A stretch of 14,560 nucleotides of DNA from a virus (Duplodnaviria; Heunggongvirae; Uroviricota; Caudoviricetes), in IMG/VR virus record IMGVR_UViG_2609459844_000001, positions 1 to 14,560 of that record; one strand, written 5' to 3'. Under the pieces are notes generated by a model. The model saw only the letters and a list, made by a program, of their open reading frames with translations. It did no database searches and was not told the DNA's origin. The position numbers were made by a program, and so were the translations under genes. Each line of letters opens with the position of its first letter. Positions within the stretch are counted from its first letter, which is position 1. Below are positions 1 through 7,498 of the stretch, in pieces.

Positions 1-1
1 G

Positions 2-1450
2 AAGGCAGACCTGAGCAAAGGGCAGTACGGCTGTGTCGGCCAGGGCTTACATATTGCCAAAAAACTGCTCCCGTATATCCCGAATAACGCGGGGATCCTG
101 CTGGTACCATGCTGTCGTGGTGGTTCGGCATTCACCAAGGGCGCGGAGGGGACATTCAGTGCGGACGCGGGGGCCAGCCAGGATTCGGCACGCTGGGGTG
201 TGGGTAAACCGTTATATCAGGACCTGATTGCGCGCACTAAAGCTGCATTACAGAAGAACCCGAAAAATGTGTTGCTGGCGGTGTGCTGGATGCAGGGAGA
301 GTTTGACATGAACGCCGCCACCTACGCACAGCAACCTGCGCTGTTTACAGCCATGCTGAAGCAGTTTCGTGCTGACCTCACTGTGTTTAACGCGCAGTGT
401 CATGGTGGTAGTGCTGTAAATGTGCCGTGGATTTGTGGTGACACGACGTATTACTGGAAAAATACATACGCTACCCAGTACGACACCGTGTACGGCGGGT
501 ATAAAAACAGGGAGAGTGAGGGCGTTTATTTTGTGCCCTTCATGACAGACGGTAACGGCGTCAATACCGCCACTAACGCACCGGCAGAAGATCCGGATAT
601 TCCGGCATCAGGATATTACGGTGCGGCATCGAGAACGAATGGAAACCAGGTATCATCAAACCGCCCGACACATTTCAGTTCATGGGCGCGCAGGAGCATT
701 ATTCCGGATCGTATGGCAACCGCTATTCTGAACGCAGCCGGGCGCACCTCAGCTTTCATCAGTGGTAAGGCACCGGAAATCAAACCCTCGCCCGGCGGCA
801 ACACGCCATCGGGGCCGTCTGAAGATGCATCCGTACGCACAATCTCCCTGTTGCCGACAGCCGGAGAGGCTGCTGCGCAGGGCTGGACCATTAAGGACGG
901 CGGAATTCAGTTGTCGGGTGGTGTATTTAAGATCGCCAAGCAGAGCAATAAAACCTGGTCCCTGATGCATCCGGTGGATGACGCAGTCTCCCTGCTGACA
1001 CGGGGTGGCAGACTGAGCTGTAAGTTTCGACTGTCAGGCGCACTGACCAACAACCAGTTCGGCCTGGGAATTTATCTGTATACCGATGTAGCGTTACCTG
1101 ACGTCGTGGCGATGGCCGGGACTGGTAACCCGTTCCTGATGTCGTTCTTCACCCAGACCACAGACGGCAAACTGAATCTGATGCATCACAAGAAAGCAGG
1201 AAACACAAAGTTGGGCGAGTTCGGGAATTACAGTAATGACTGGCAGACGCTGGAACTGGTGTTCACCGCCGGCAGTGCCACGGTTACTCCGAAACTGAAT
1301 GGAGTGGCTGGCCCGGCATTCCAGGTCATAAAAGACAGTCTGACACTGGGGCTGAATGCGCTGACGCTGACGGATATTACCAAAAATGCAGCGTATGGCG
1401 TTGAGATAGAAAGTCTGGTGCTGGAGATAAATGCACCGGCATCATCATAA
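2..1450 (+). CDS. Sialate O-acetylesterase-like protein (NanS-p-like), C-terminal part; the 5' end lies upstream of the window
   Basis: Frame 2 is open from position 2 to the stop at 1448-1450 (I translated 2-200 by hand and found no stops). Contains a W-x-QGE-x-D motif (CWMQGEFD) typical of SASA/SGNH sialate O-acetylesterases. Sits immediately upstream of the holin, as nanS-p does in Stx-type lambdoid phages. Family assignment is from memory, not a search. Confidence 0.6.
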   Translation, partial: KADLSKGQYGCVGQGLHIAKKLLPYIPNNAGILLVPCCRGGSAFTKGAEGTFSADAGASQDSARWGVGKPLYQDLIARTKAALQKNPKNVLLAVCWMQGEFDMNAATYAQQPALFTAMLKQFRADLTVFNAQCHGGSAVNVPWICGDTTYYWKNTYATQYDTVYGGYKNRESEGVYFVPFMTDGNGVNTATNAPAEDPDIPASGYYGAASRTNGNQVSSNRPTHFSSWARRSIIPDRMATAILNAAGRTSAFISGKAPEIKPSPGGNTPSGPSEDASVRTISLLPTAGEAAAQGWTIKDGGIQLSGGVFKIAKQSNKTWSLMHPVDDAVSLLTRGGRLSCKFRLSGALTNNQFGLGIYLYTDVALPDVVAMAGTGNPFLMSFFTQTTDGKLNLMHHKKAGNTKLGEFGNYSNDWQTLELVFTAGSATVTPKLNGVAGPAFQVIKDSLTLGLNALTLTDITKNAAYGVEIESLVLEINAPASS

Positions 1451-1600
1451 AAAGTGAGCCAGTCAAATGGAAGGTATCGTTAAACTCACCGGTAGTGTCA
1501 GTGGGTCGTCTGAGATGCCTGCATGAGTTATCAGAGCCATCAGTACTTAACTGGTGGCTTTTTTTATTGTTGTCAGCTTCCGGATAACGGGAGACGGGGT

Positions 1601-1816
1601 ATGTACCAGATGGAAAAAATCACAACAGGTGTGTCATACACCACGTCAGCGGTGGGAACGGGCTACTGGTTCCTGCAGTTGCTGGACAGGGTTTCCCCGT
1701 CTCAGTGGGCGGCAATAGGCGTGCTGGGGAGTCTGCTGTTTGGGCTGCTGACATATCTGACTAACCTGTATTTCAAAATCAGAGAGGACCGTCGTAAGGC
1801 TGCACGGGGAGAGTAA
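1601..1816 (+). CDS. S: Class II holin (phage 21 S21-type pinholin), 71 aa, with dual-start motif
   Basis: Translation [71 protein letters not shown] closely resembles the S21 pinholin as I recall it (two TM segments, charged C-terminus). Two Met codons at 1601 and 1610 (M-Y-Q-M) give the antiholin/holin dual start; GGGAGACGGGG lies just upstream. The track ORF starts further up at 1523, but that N-terminal extension has no holin-like sequence. Confidence 0.85.
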   Translation: MYQMEKITTGVSYTTSAVGTGYWFLQLLDRVSPSQWAAIGVLGSLLFGLLTYLTNLYFKIREDRRKAARGE

Positions 1817-1820
1817 TTCA

Positions 1821-2627
1821 ATGACTCAAAACTATGAACTGATTGTGAAAGGGATCCGCAATTTTGAGAATAAAGTTACGGTAACTTTAGCGTTACGGGA
1901 CAAAAAACGCTTTGACGGTGAAATTTTTGACCTGGACATCTCGCTGGACCGTGTTGAAGGTGCCGCGCTGGAGTTTTATGAGGCAGCAGCCAGAAGGAGC
2001 ATCAGACAGGTCTTCCTGGATGTTGCTGCCGGGTTATGTGAAGGGGATGAGCTGTCGCCGGAAAAGCGCCCCATAATTTTAGAGGCGCAGGATGTGTTGA
2101 TAACCTACAAAGGAAAGCTACCGGGAAGAATTACTGGTTCTCTGAAGATGCCGCCGTCAACACTGCGGTCAGAAAAAGAGGCGTCTTGTCTGCAGTCTGA
2201 GTACTCCATTACGGTTAAAAGTGCCGGAGAGGAAGGAAATAAACGTTATTTTATTGCGTCTGCACCTGATAAAGATCAGGAATGGGAGTGTAACCGGCCA
2301 TCCTTTGTTGTATACGGAGATGGCGGGAAAATAACCATCTCAGAAAATGGGAAATTAACACCGCCATCGCACCAGCATAGTGAGGCGCTCATTGAATTTG
2401 CCATTGATTACCTGAAGAACAATAAAAAGCAGGGGCTGATGAAGCGCATTGGTCGTTGCATGGGATATCTGCAGGTAGCAGCTGAGATTGAAATGATGGC
2501 CAGTGGTGCTGACAATGATGCAGTTGTGCTGGAGGCTCTTCTGCGTGATTTTGATAATACGCCCTTTAAGAAAGCACCTGTTGACTGGATGCAGCCGGGG
2601 ATGACTTATCTGAAAGGGCGTATATAA
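1821..2627 (+). CDS. Hypothetical protein, 268 aa, unknown function (moron inserted between holin and endolysin)
   Basis: Clean 268-codon ORF whose ATG is 4 nt after the holin stop, with a GGGGAGAG Shine-Dalgarno-like sequence inside the holin 3' end (suggests translational coupling). No TM segment or signal peptide by eye. Visibly more AT-rich than flanking phage genes. I recognise no family. Confidence 0.6.
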   Translation: MTQNYELIVKGIRNFENKVTVTLALRDKKRFDGEIFDLDISLDRVEGAALEFYEAAARRSIRQVFLDVAAGLCEGDELSPEKRPIILEAQDVLITYKGKLPGRITGSLKMPPSTLRSEKEASCLQSEYSITVKSAGEEGNKRYFIASAPDKDQEWECNRPSFVVYGDGGKITISENGKLTPPSHQHSEALIEFAIDYLKNNKKQGLMKRIGRCMGYLQVAAEIEMMASGADNDAVVLEALLRDFDNTPFKKAPVDWMQPGMTYLKGRI

Positions 2628-2636
2628 GGTGGCTCG

Positions 2637-2951
2637 TTATCTGTTGCTGGATAATCGACTGAAGATGCGTTCTTTTTGTGTTTTTGCGTAATGATTGTCC
2701 CACTCACAATCAAGGTAGCTTAATTCTTCATTCAACCAGTTATTTATATTGGTCTTAATACGCATAAGCATGGGCTGTGTTAATGCTCTGGCGATAATGC
2801 CGAGAGTCACAGGTGTGAGATGTCCATACGGCTCAGCCTGAATGGATTTTACTGCATCGTGTTCTTGTGGGAGGAGTAAGAGGCACTCTGATTTTACCCG
2901 CTCATTTATGGCTTGCAGGCATAAATCATAATTATGTTGATCGTTATGCAT
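2637..2951 (-). CDS. Hypothetical protein, 104 aa, convergent partner of the 268-aa ORF
   Basis: Minus-strand ORF of 104 codons whose stop is about 10 nt from the stop of the 268-aa gene. AT-rich; no recognisable motif. Filling the gap between two same-strand lysis genes on the opposite strand is typical of an acquired moron. Confidence 0.45.
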   Translation of the reverse strand: MHNDQHNYDLCLQAINERVKSECLLLLPQEHDAVKSIQAEPYGHLTPVTLGIIARALTQPMLMRIKTNINNWLNEELSYLDCEWDNHYAKTQKERIFSRLSSNR

Positions 2952-3079
2952 GGTTAATCCTCTACTGAAATTGTCAGATATATTTCAGCCATCAGGAAAA
3001 ACGCCAGTGTCCTACCGCTGGCGGGCTGAAGATTTAACATATCCAGGGATTCGGAACCGATAAATCCTGATAAATATCC

Positions 3080-3613
3080 ATGAACACCAAAATCAAATAT
3101 GGCCTGTCGGCTGCCGTTCTGGCGTTGATTGCCATCGGTGCGCCTGCGCCTGATATTCTCGACCAGTTTCTGGATGAAAAAGAAGGTAACCACACAACGG
3201 CATACCGTGATGGTGCGGGTATCTGGACCATCTGCCGCGGTGCCACAATGGTGGATGGTAAACCTGTTATTCCGGGCATGAAACTGTCGAAGGAAAAATG
3301 CGACCAGGTTAATGCCATTGAACGGGATAAGGCGCTGGCATGGGTGGAGCGCAATATTAAAGTTCCACTGACCGAACCACAGAAAGCGGGTATAGCGTCA
3401 TTCTGTCCCTATAACATTGGCCCCGGTAAGTGTTTCCCGTCGACGTTTTATAAGCGGCTGAATGCTGGTGACCGCAGGGGAGCGTGTGAGGCGATTCGCT
3501 GGTGGATTAAGGACGGTGGCAGAGACTGCCGTATTCGTTCAAACAACTGCTACGGTCAGGTATCCCGTCGTGACCAGGAGAGCGCGCTGGCGTGCTGGGG
3601 TATCGACAGATAA
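3080..3613 (+). CDS. R: SAR endolysin (phage 21 R21-type lysozyme, T4-lysozyme-like fold)
   Basis: 177 aa. N-terminal Gly/Ala-rich weakly hydrophobic stretch (GLSAAVLALIAIGAPAP) consistent with a signal-anchor-release domain, then an E-x8-D-x5-T catalytic triad (E..GNHTTAYRD..GAGIWT) as in T4 lysozyme-type muramidases. Confidence 0.9.
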   Translation: MNTKIKYGLSAAVLALIAIGAPAPDILDQFLDEKEGNHTTAYRDGAGIWTICRGATMVDGKPVIPGMKLSKEKCDQVNAIERDKALAWVERNIKVPLTEPQKAGIASFCPYNIGPGKCFPSTFYKRLNAGDRRGACEAIRWWIKDGGRDCRIRSNNCYGQVSRRDQESALACWGIDR

Positions 3614-3701
3614 GCAGAATATTTTGCTGAAAAATAAGGCATGGCCACGCGGGCGGATAACACGAAATCCTGCGAACTGGCGAAACGTAAGTGAATAAAA
3701 G

Positions 3702-3745
3702 TAAAAACCCCGTTTGTTGGCAGCAAGCGGGGTTTTGTTTTTATG
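3702..3745 (+). terminator. Putative rho-independent terminator just after the endolysin gene
   Basis: AAAACCCCG ... CGGGGTTTT inverted repeat followed by TTTTGTTTTT on the + strand. The loop is long (about 15 nt), so stability is uncertain. Confidence 0.4.
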
Positions 3746-3807
3746 GCAGTAAGCTATGGGAGGCTGCCTTGATTGATTTTAGCAAACTGATTAGGGAGTT
3801 GCGACTC

Positions 3808-3903
3808 ATGATTAGTCAATTACCAAACTGGAAATTTTTGCTGGTCTGGAGCATCCCTTTTTTATGGGTAGTATCCCAGTTAATTGTGGCAATTAAGGGG
3901 TAG
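3808..3903 (+). CDS. Small hydrophobic peptide, 31 aa (speculative)
   Basis: ATG at 3808 preceded by AGGGAG at 9-nt spacing; translation MISQLPNWKFLLVWSIPFLWVVSQLIVAIKG is a single predicted TM helix. Too short to be confident. Confidence 0.2.
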   Translation: MISQLPNWKFLLVWSIPFLWVVSQLIVAIKG

Positions 3904-3905
3904 CT

Positions 3906-4037
3906 ATGTCAGACAAACTCATAACGCCGGCAAAGGTCCTGTGTGTGATTGTCGGTATTTCATTTTCACTAATGCTGGTTGCTCTTTTTCTGTCCCTCGC
4001 CTGGGTGATGTTGTCTTCGTCGGGGCTGCTGGGGTGA
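3906..4037 (+). CDS. Small membrane peptide, 43 aa (speculative); TM segment resembles the Rz N-terminal TM
   Basis: ATG at 3906 preceded by AAGGGG; translation MSDKLITPAKVLCVIVGISFSLMLVALFLSLAWVMLSSSGLLG. The KVLCVIVGISFSLMLVA stretch resembles [16 protein letters not shown] at the Rz N-terminus (4256). Confidence 0.3.
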   Translation: MSDKLITPAKVLCVIVGISFSLMLVALFLSLAWVMLSSSGLLG

Positions 4038-4156
4038 CAGTGACTGATGACATCAGCAGAGCGCTGGCTTTTGCTATTAAGTGGGTGGCTGTTGGTATTG
4101 CTGTGTCTCCGATGCTATATGGGCTGGCAAAACTGGTCATTGCGCTGAAATCGTGA
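4034..4156 (+). CDS. Small hydrophobic peptide, about 40 aa from a GTG start (speculative); paralogous to the next peptide
   Basis: Translation VTVTDDISRALAFAIKWVAVGIAVSPMLYGLAKLVIALKS. Shares the motif R-A-[LM]-A-F-A-I-[KR]-x-V-A-[VI] with the peptide at 4168-4254. Start codon uncertain. Confidence 0.25.
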   Translation: MTVTDDISRALAFAIKWVAVGIAVSPMLYGLAKLVIALKS

Positions 4157-4167
4157 ACTTTAAAAAG

Positions 4168-4254
4168 ATGAGTGCTGAACTTATTCGGGCAATGGCATTT
4201 GCCATTCGTATTGTGGCCATTGCTGTTCTGGTCTGGGCAATCCGTTGGTGGTGA
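4168..4254 (+). CDS. Small hydrophobic peptide, 28 aa (speculative); paralogous to the preceding peptide
   Basis: ATG at 4168; translation [28 protein letters not shown]. Ends 1 nt before the Rz start. Weak RBS. Confidence 0.25.
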   Translation: MSAELIRAMAFAIRIVAIAVLVWAIRWW

Positions 4255-4255
4255 T

Positions 4256-4723
4256 ATGAACCGTGTTCTGTGTGTGGTGATTATTGTCATGCTGGTGGCC
4301 TGTGGTGCGCTTAGTCTGGGGCTGAATCATTACCGTGATAACGCCATTACCTACAAAGCCCAGCGCGACAAAAATGTCAGAGAACTGAAGCTGGCGAACG
4401 CGGCAATTACTGACATGCAGATGCGTCAGCGTGATGTTGCTGCGCTCGATGCAAAATACTCGAGGGAATTAGCCGATGCGAGAGCTGAAAATGAAACTCT
4501 TCGCGCTGACGTTGCCGCTGGTCGTAAGCGCCTGCGTATCAACGCCACCTGTCCAGGTCCCGTGCGTGAAGCCACCGGCACCGCCCGCGTGGATAATGCA
4601 ACCGGCCCCCGACTGGCAGACACCGCTGAACGGGATTATTTCACCCTCAGAGAGCGGCTGATGACGATGCACAAGCAACTGGAAGGGGCGCAGGAATATA
4701 TCCGTACTCAGTGCCTGAAATAA
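4256..4723 (+). CDS. Rz: Spanin inner-membrane subunit (i-spanin)
   Basis: 155 aa from the ATG at 4256: N-terminal TM ([21 protein letters not shown]), then a charged coiled-coil-like periplasmic region ([26 protein letters not shown]). Embedded Rz1 in the +1 frame. Track ORF 4172-4723 is the same frame with a non-native N-terminal extension. Confidence 0.85.
   Translation: MNRVLCVVIIVMLVACGALSLGLNHYRDNAITYKAQRDKNVRELKLANAAITDMQMRQRDVAALDAKYSRELADARAENETLRADVAAGRKRLRINATCPGPVREATGTARVDNATGPRLADTAERDYFTLRERLMTMHKQLEGAQEYIRTQCLK
4491..4661 (+). CDS. Rz1: Spanin outer-membrane lipoprotein subunit (o-spanin), embedded in Rz
   Basis: [15 protein letters not shown] lipoprotein signal with lipobox V-S-A-C, followed by a proline-rich mature region ([18 protein letters not shown]). 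Entirely inside Rz in a different frame, the classic Rz/Rz1 arrangement. Confidence 0.8.
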   Translation: MKLFALTLPLVVSACVSTPPVQVPCVKPPAPPAWIMQPAPDWQTPLNGIISPSESG

Positions 4724-5073
4724 GTTTTGTTGATGCGCCGTATCGTCGCTGTATTCCCTCATTAACAGAGACCGCAGCCCGACAGGGAGACTCCTCTGCG
4801 CGAGTGTGCGGGGATAATCAAAAACGATACACACCGGGGTTTACCGCGTTAACGGAGCGCGGCGTTGTCCCCTCATAGTCGCCTGTCCGGTGCGATGGTG
4901 GAAGAAGCCGGATGTTTATCACTATTAATTGATGACACAGAAATGGATTCATTGAATTTCAGCACGTTTTTGTATTCGTGTTATTGAACATCTGTTTATT
5001 TTACTTTTAACATATTGATAATAAAAAGAGCTGTAAATCTTTAGATGAGTCGATTTTGTCCGGGGAAGTTCAA

Positions 5074-5214
5074 ATGGATTTTATGCTGACGGTTTCTGGT
5101 GTGGTTATCCTGTCCATTGCTTATACTGCAGATAAATATGGCTGCCATTTGTTATCACGTATTGGCGCTTATTGTTCGTTGATGCTGATTTTCTCGTCGC
5201 TTTTTTTTGAGTAA
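5074..5214 (+). CDS. Small hydrophobic peptide, 46 aa (speculative)
   Basis: ATG at 5074 preceded by GGGGAAG; translation MDFMLTVSGVVILSIAYTADKYGCHLLSRIGAYCSLMLIFSSLFFE. Lies in a strongly AT-rich spacer. Hand-translated; not in the supplied track. Confidence 0.2.
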   Translation: MDFMLTVSGVVILSIAYTADKYGCHLLSRIGAYCSLMLIFSSLFFE

Positions 5215-5346
5215 GTTATATTAATTATAACAAATAATTTTCTGTGTTATTTTTTCAGGCTATCCCGTCAGAGGGGAAGCCTGTACTGCCAGGGAGCGAA
5301 TGGAAAACTGATGTGTCCGGTAACTGCGTGTTCTGTGAACACCATG

Positions 5347-5532
5347 TTACTTAATTATGTAATTCATACCCGAACTCTCTGTTGACAGCCTTCTTCTGCA
5401 GGCTTCAATAACCCACGCTGAAAAGTTTCCTGAACCTTTCAGATCAAGAGCGATGTTAATTTGTTCAATCATCTGGTTTGGAAATCGGATGTTGCGGGTT
5501 GTTGTTCTGCGGGTTCTGTTCTTTGATGACAT
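5347..5532 (-). CDS. Small Arc/MetJ-like (ribbon-helix-helix) protein, probably DUF3950 family (YlcI/YnfO-like), 61 aa
   Basis: Translation ...TRNIRFPNQMIEQINIALDLKGSGNFSAWVIEACRRRL... has a basic N-terminus, a short beta-strand (NIRFP) and two helices, which is an RHH-like pattern. A similar small gene sits next to cos/terminase on the opposite strand in E. coli lambdoid prophages (recollection, not searched). Confidence 0.5.
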   Translation of the reverse strand: MSSKNRTRRTTTRNIRFPNQMIEQINIALDLKGSGNFSAWVIEACRRRLSTESSGMNYIIK

Positions 5533-5699
5533 AATGTTTCCCCATATTCAGTGTTGCTGATTTGTATTATCAGAAGTTGCTTTTACGTTAATTTGACGCA
5601 GATCAATTAATACGATACCTGCGTCATAATTGATTATTTCTCGTGGTTTGATGGCGTACACACATGTTGTGATAAACCTTATATAGATGATAATAATTA

Positions 5700-5920
5700 T
5701 CATTTCGTGGGTCCTTTCCGGCGATCCGACCGGTTACGGGGCGGCGACCTCGCGGGTTTTCGCTATTTATGAAAATTTTCCGGTTTAAGGCGTTTCCGTT
5801 CTTCTTCGTCATAACTTAATGTTTTTATTTAAAATACCCTCTGAAAAGAAAGGAAACGACAGGTGCTGAAAACGGGCTTTTTGGCCTCTGTCGTTTCCTT
5901 TCTCTGTTTTTGTCCGTGGA
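5700..5920. other. cos: Lambda-type cohesive end site (cosQ-cosN-cosB); 12-nt cohesive end GGGCGGCGACCT at 5738-5749
   Basis: 5738-5749 reads GGGCGGCGACCT, followed by CGCGGGTTTTCGCTATTTATGAAAATTTTCCGG..., which matches the left end of the lambda genome as I remember it. 5711-5737 (GTCCTTTCCGGCGATCCGAC.GGTTACG) matches the lambda right end (cosQ side). cosB R-element repeats include a 15-bp perfect inverted repeat, GAAAGGAAACGACAG at about 5850-5864 and CTGTCGTTTCCTTTC at about 5890-5904. Confidence 0.85.
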
Positions 5921-5927
5921 ATGAACA

Positions 5928-5990
5928 ATGGAAGTCAACAAAAAGCAGCTGGCTGACATTTTCGGCGCGAGTATGGGCGCTGGCCAATGA
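5928..5990 (+). pseudogene. nu1: Terminase small subunit nu1, 5' stub only (16 native codons, then a deletion junction and a stop)
   Basis: ATGGAAGTCAACAAAAAGCAGCTGGCTGACATTTTCGG.GCGAGTAT matches the lambda nu1 start (MEVNKKQLADIFGAS); similarity ends at about 5975 and the frame stops at 5988-5990. Confidence 0.7.
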
Positions 5991-5991
5991 C

Positions 5992-6696
5992 ATGAACTGC
6001 AGCGCAGGTCAGCTGCTTGCCAGTGCCGCCTCCCGGCGTCTGGTCACGCAGACCGCCCGGACAGGCTCCATCGGCGTCAAGGGCAAATACACCATGACCG
6101 GTGAAGCCTTCGATCCGGTTGAGGTGGATATGGGCCGCAGTGCGGCGAACAACATCACGCAGTCCGGCGGCACGGAGTGGAGCAAGCGTGACAAGTCCAC
6201 GTATGACCCGACCGACGATATCGAAGCCTACGCGCTGAACGCCAGCGGCGTGGTGAATATCATTGTGTTTGACCCGAAAGGCTGGGCGCTGTTCCGTTCC
6301 TTCAAAGCCGTCAGGGAGAAGCTGGATACCCGTCGCGGCTCTCATTCCGAACTGGAGACAGCGGTGAAAGACCTGGGCAAAGCGGTGTCTTATAAGGGAA
6401 TGTATGGCGATGTGGCCATCGTCGTGTATTCCGGACAGTACGTGGAAAACGGCGTCAAAAAGAACTTCCTGCCGGACAACACGATGGTGCTGGGTAACAC
6501 TCATGCACGCGGTCTGCGCACCTATGGCTGCATTCAGGATGCGGATGCACAGCGCGAAGGCATTAACGCCTCTGCCCGTTACCCGAAAAACTGGGTGACC
6601 ACCGGCGATCCGGCGCGTGAGTTCACCATGATTCAGTCAGCACCGCTGATGCTGCTGGCTGACCCTGATGAGTTCGTTTCCGTACAACTGGCGTAA
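5992..6696 (+). pseudogene. E: Major capsid protein E, N-terminally truncated (lambda-like sequence from about 6079 to the native stop)
   Basis: From KGKYTMTGEAFDPVEVDMGRS to the C-terminal ...LMLLADPDEFVSVQLA the translation is near-identical to the lambda gpE C-terminal region as I recall it. The sequence upstream of about 6079 is not E-like, and the stub of nu1 lies just upstream in another frame. Track ORF 5863-6696 is the same frame from a GTG. Confidence 0.8.
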
Positions 6697-6737
6697 TCGT
6701 GGCCCTTCTGGGCCATTGTTTCTCTGTGGAGGAGTCC

Positions 6738-7133
6738 ATGACGAAAGATGAACTGATTGCCCGTCTCCGCTCGCTGGGTGAACAACTGAACCGTGATATC
6801 AGCCTGACGGGGACGAAAGAAGAACTGGCGCTCCGTGTGGCAGAGCTGGAAGAAGAGCTTGATGACACGGGCGACACTGCCGGTCAGGATACCCCTCTCA
6901 GCCCGGAAAATGTGCTGACCGGACATGAAAATGAGGTTGTATCAGCGCAGCCGGATACCGTGACTGATACGGCTGATCTGGTCACGGTTGTGGCACTGGT
7001 GACGCTGCATACTGATGCACTTCACGCCACGCGGGATGAGGCTGTGGCATTTGTGCTGCCGGGAACGGCGTTCCGTGTCTCTGCCGGTGTGGCAGCTGAA
7101 ATGACAGAGCGCGGCCTGGCCAGAATGCAATAA
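6738..7133 (+). CDS. FI: DNA-packaging / head assembly protein FI
   Basis: MTKDELIARLRSLGEQLNRD...ERGLARMQ is near-identical to lambda gpFI; 41-nt gap after E, as in lambda. The track ORF starts 13 codons upstream at 6699. Confidence 0.9.
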   Translation: MTKDELIARLRSLGEQLNRDISLTGTKEELALRVAELEEELDDTGDTAGQDTPLSPENVLTGHENEVVSAQPDTVTDTADLVTVVALVTLHTDALHATRDEAVAFVLPGTAFRVSAGVAAEMTERGLARMQ

Positions 7134-7144
7134 CGGGAGGCGCT

Positions 7145-7498
7145 GTGGCTGATTTCGATAACCTGTTCGATGCTGCCATTGCCCGCGCCGATGAAACGAT
7201 ACGCGGGTACATGGGAACGTCAGCCACCATTACATCCGGTGAGCAGTCCGGTGCTGTGATACGTGGTGTTTTTGATGACCCTGAAAATATCAGCTATGCC
7301 GGACAGGGCGTGCGCGTTGAAGGCTCCAGCCCGTCCCTGTTTGTCCGGACTGATGATGTGCGGCAGCTGCGGCGCGGCGACACGCTGACCATCGGTGAGG
7401 AAAACTTCTGGATAGACCGGATTTCGCCGGATGATGGCGGAAGCTGTCATCTCTGGCTTGGGCGGGGCGTACCGCCTGCCGTTAACCGTCGCCGCTGA
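7145..7498 (+). CDS. FII: Head-tail joining protein FII
   Basis: MADFDNLFDAAIARADETIRGYMG...GRGVPPAVNRRR is near-identical to lambda gpFII (117 aa). Confidence 0.9.
   Translation: MADFDNLFDAAIARADETIRGYMGTSATITSGEQSGAVIRGVFDDPENISYAGQGVRVEGSSPSLFVRTDDVRQLRRGDTLTIGEENFWIDRISPDDGGSCHLWLGRGVPPAVNRRR

Noticed and set aside
33-227. + strand 64-aa ORF at the window start
   Set aside because: It is in a different frame from, and wholly inside, the long esterase reading frame that is open from position 2 to 1450.
1523-1600. Upstream extension of the holin ORF (track start at 1523, adding 26 aa [26 protein letters not shown])
   Set aside because: The extension has no holin-like sequence and no SD, whereas the Met codons at 1601 and 1610 reproduce the S21 dual-start arrangement with an upstream GGGAGACGGGG.
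5624-5812. Minus-strand 62-aa ORF overlapping the cos site
   Set aside because: It overlaps cosQ/cosN, which is conserved non-coding sequence in lambda, and has a low-complexity basic composition; most likely not a gene.
4724-5860. Possible tRNA genes or CRISPR repeats in the non-coding AT-rich spacer
   Set aside because: I found no regularly spaced direct repeats and no tRNA-like T-arm/acceptor pattern on reading the sequence. A tRNAscan-SE or Infernal run would be the definitive check.
5935-6504. Minus-strand ORF of 189 aa antisense to the capsid gene E remnant
   Set aside because: It lies entirely within the region matching lambda E on the + strand and has no recognisable features, so it is a chance open frame in GC-rich coding DNA.
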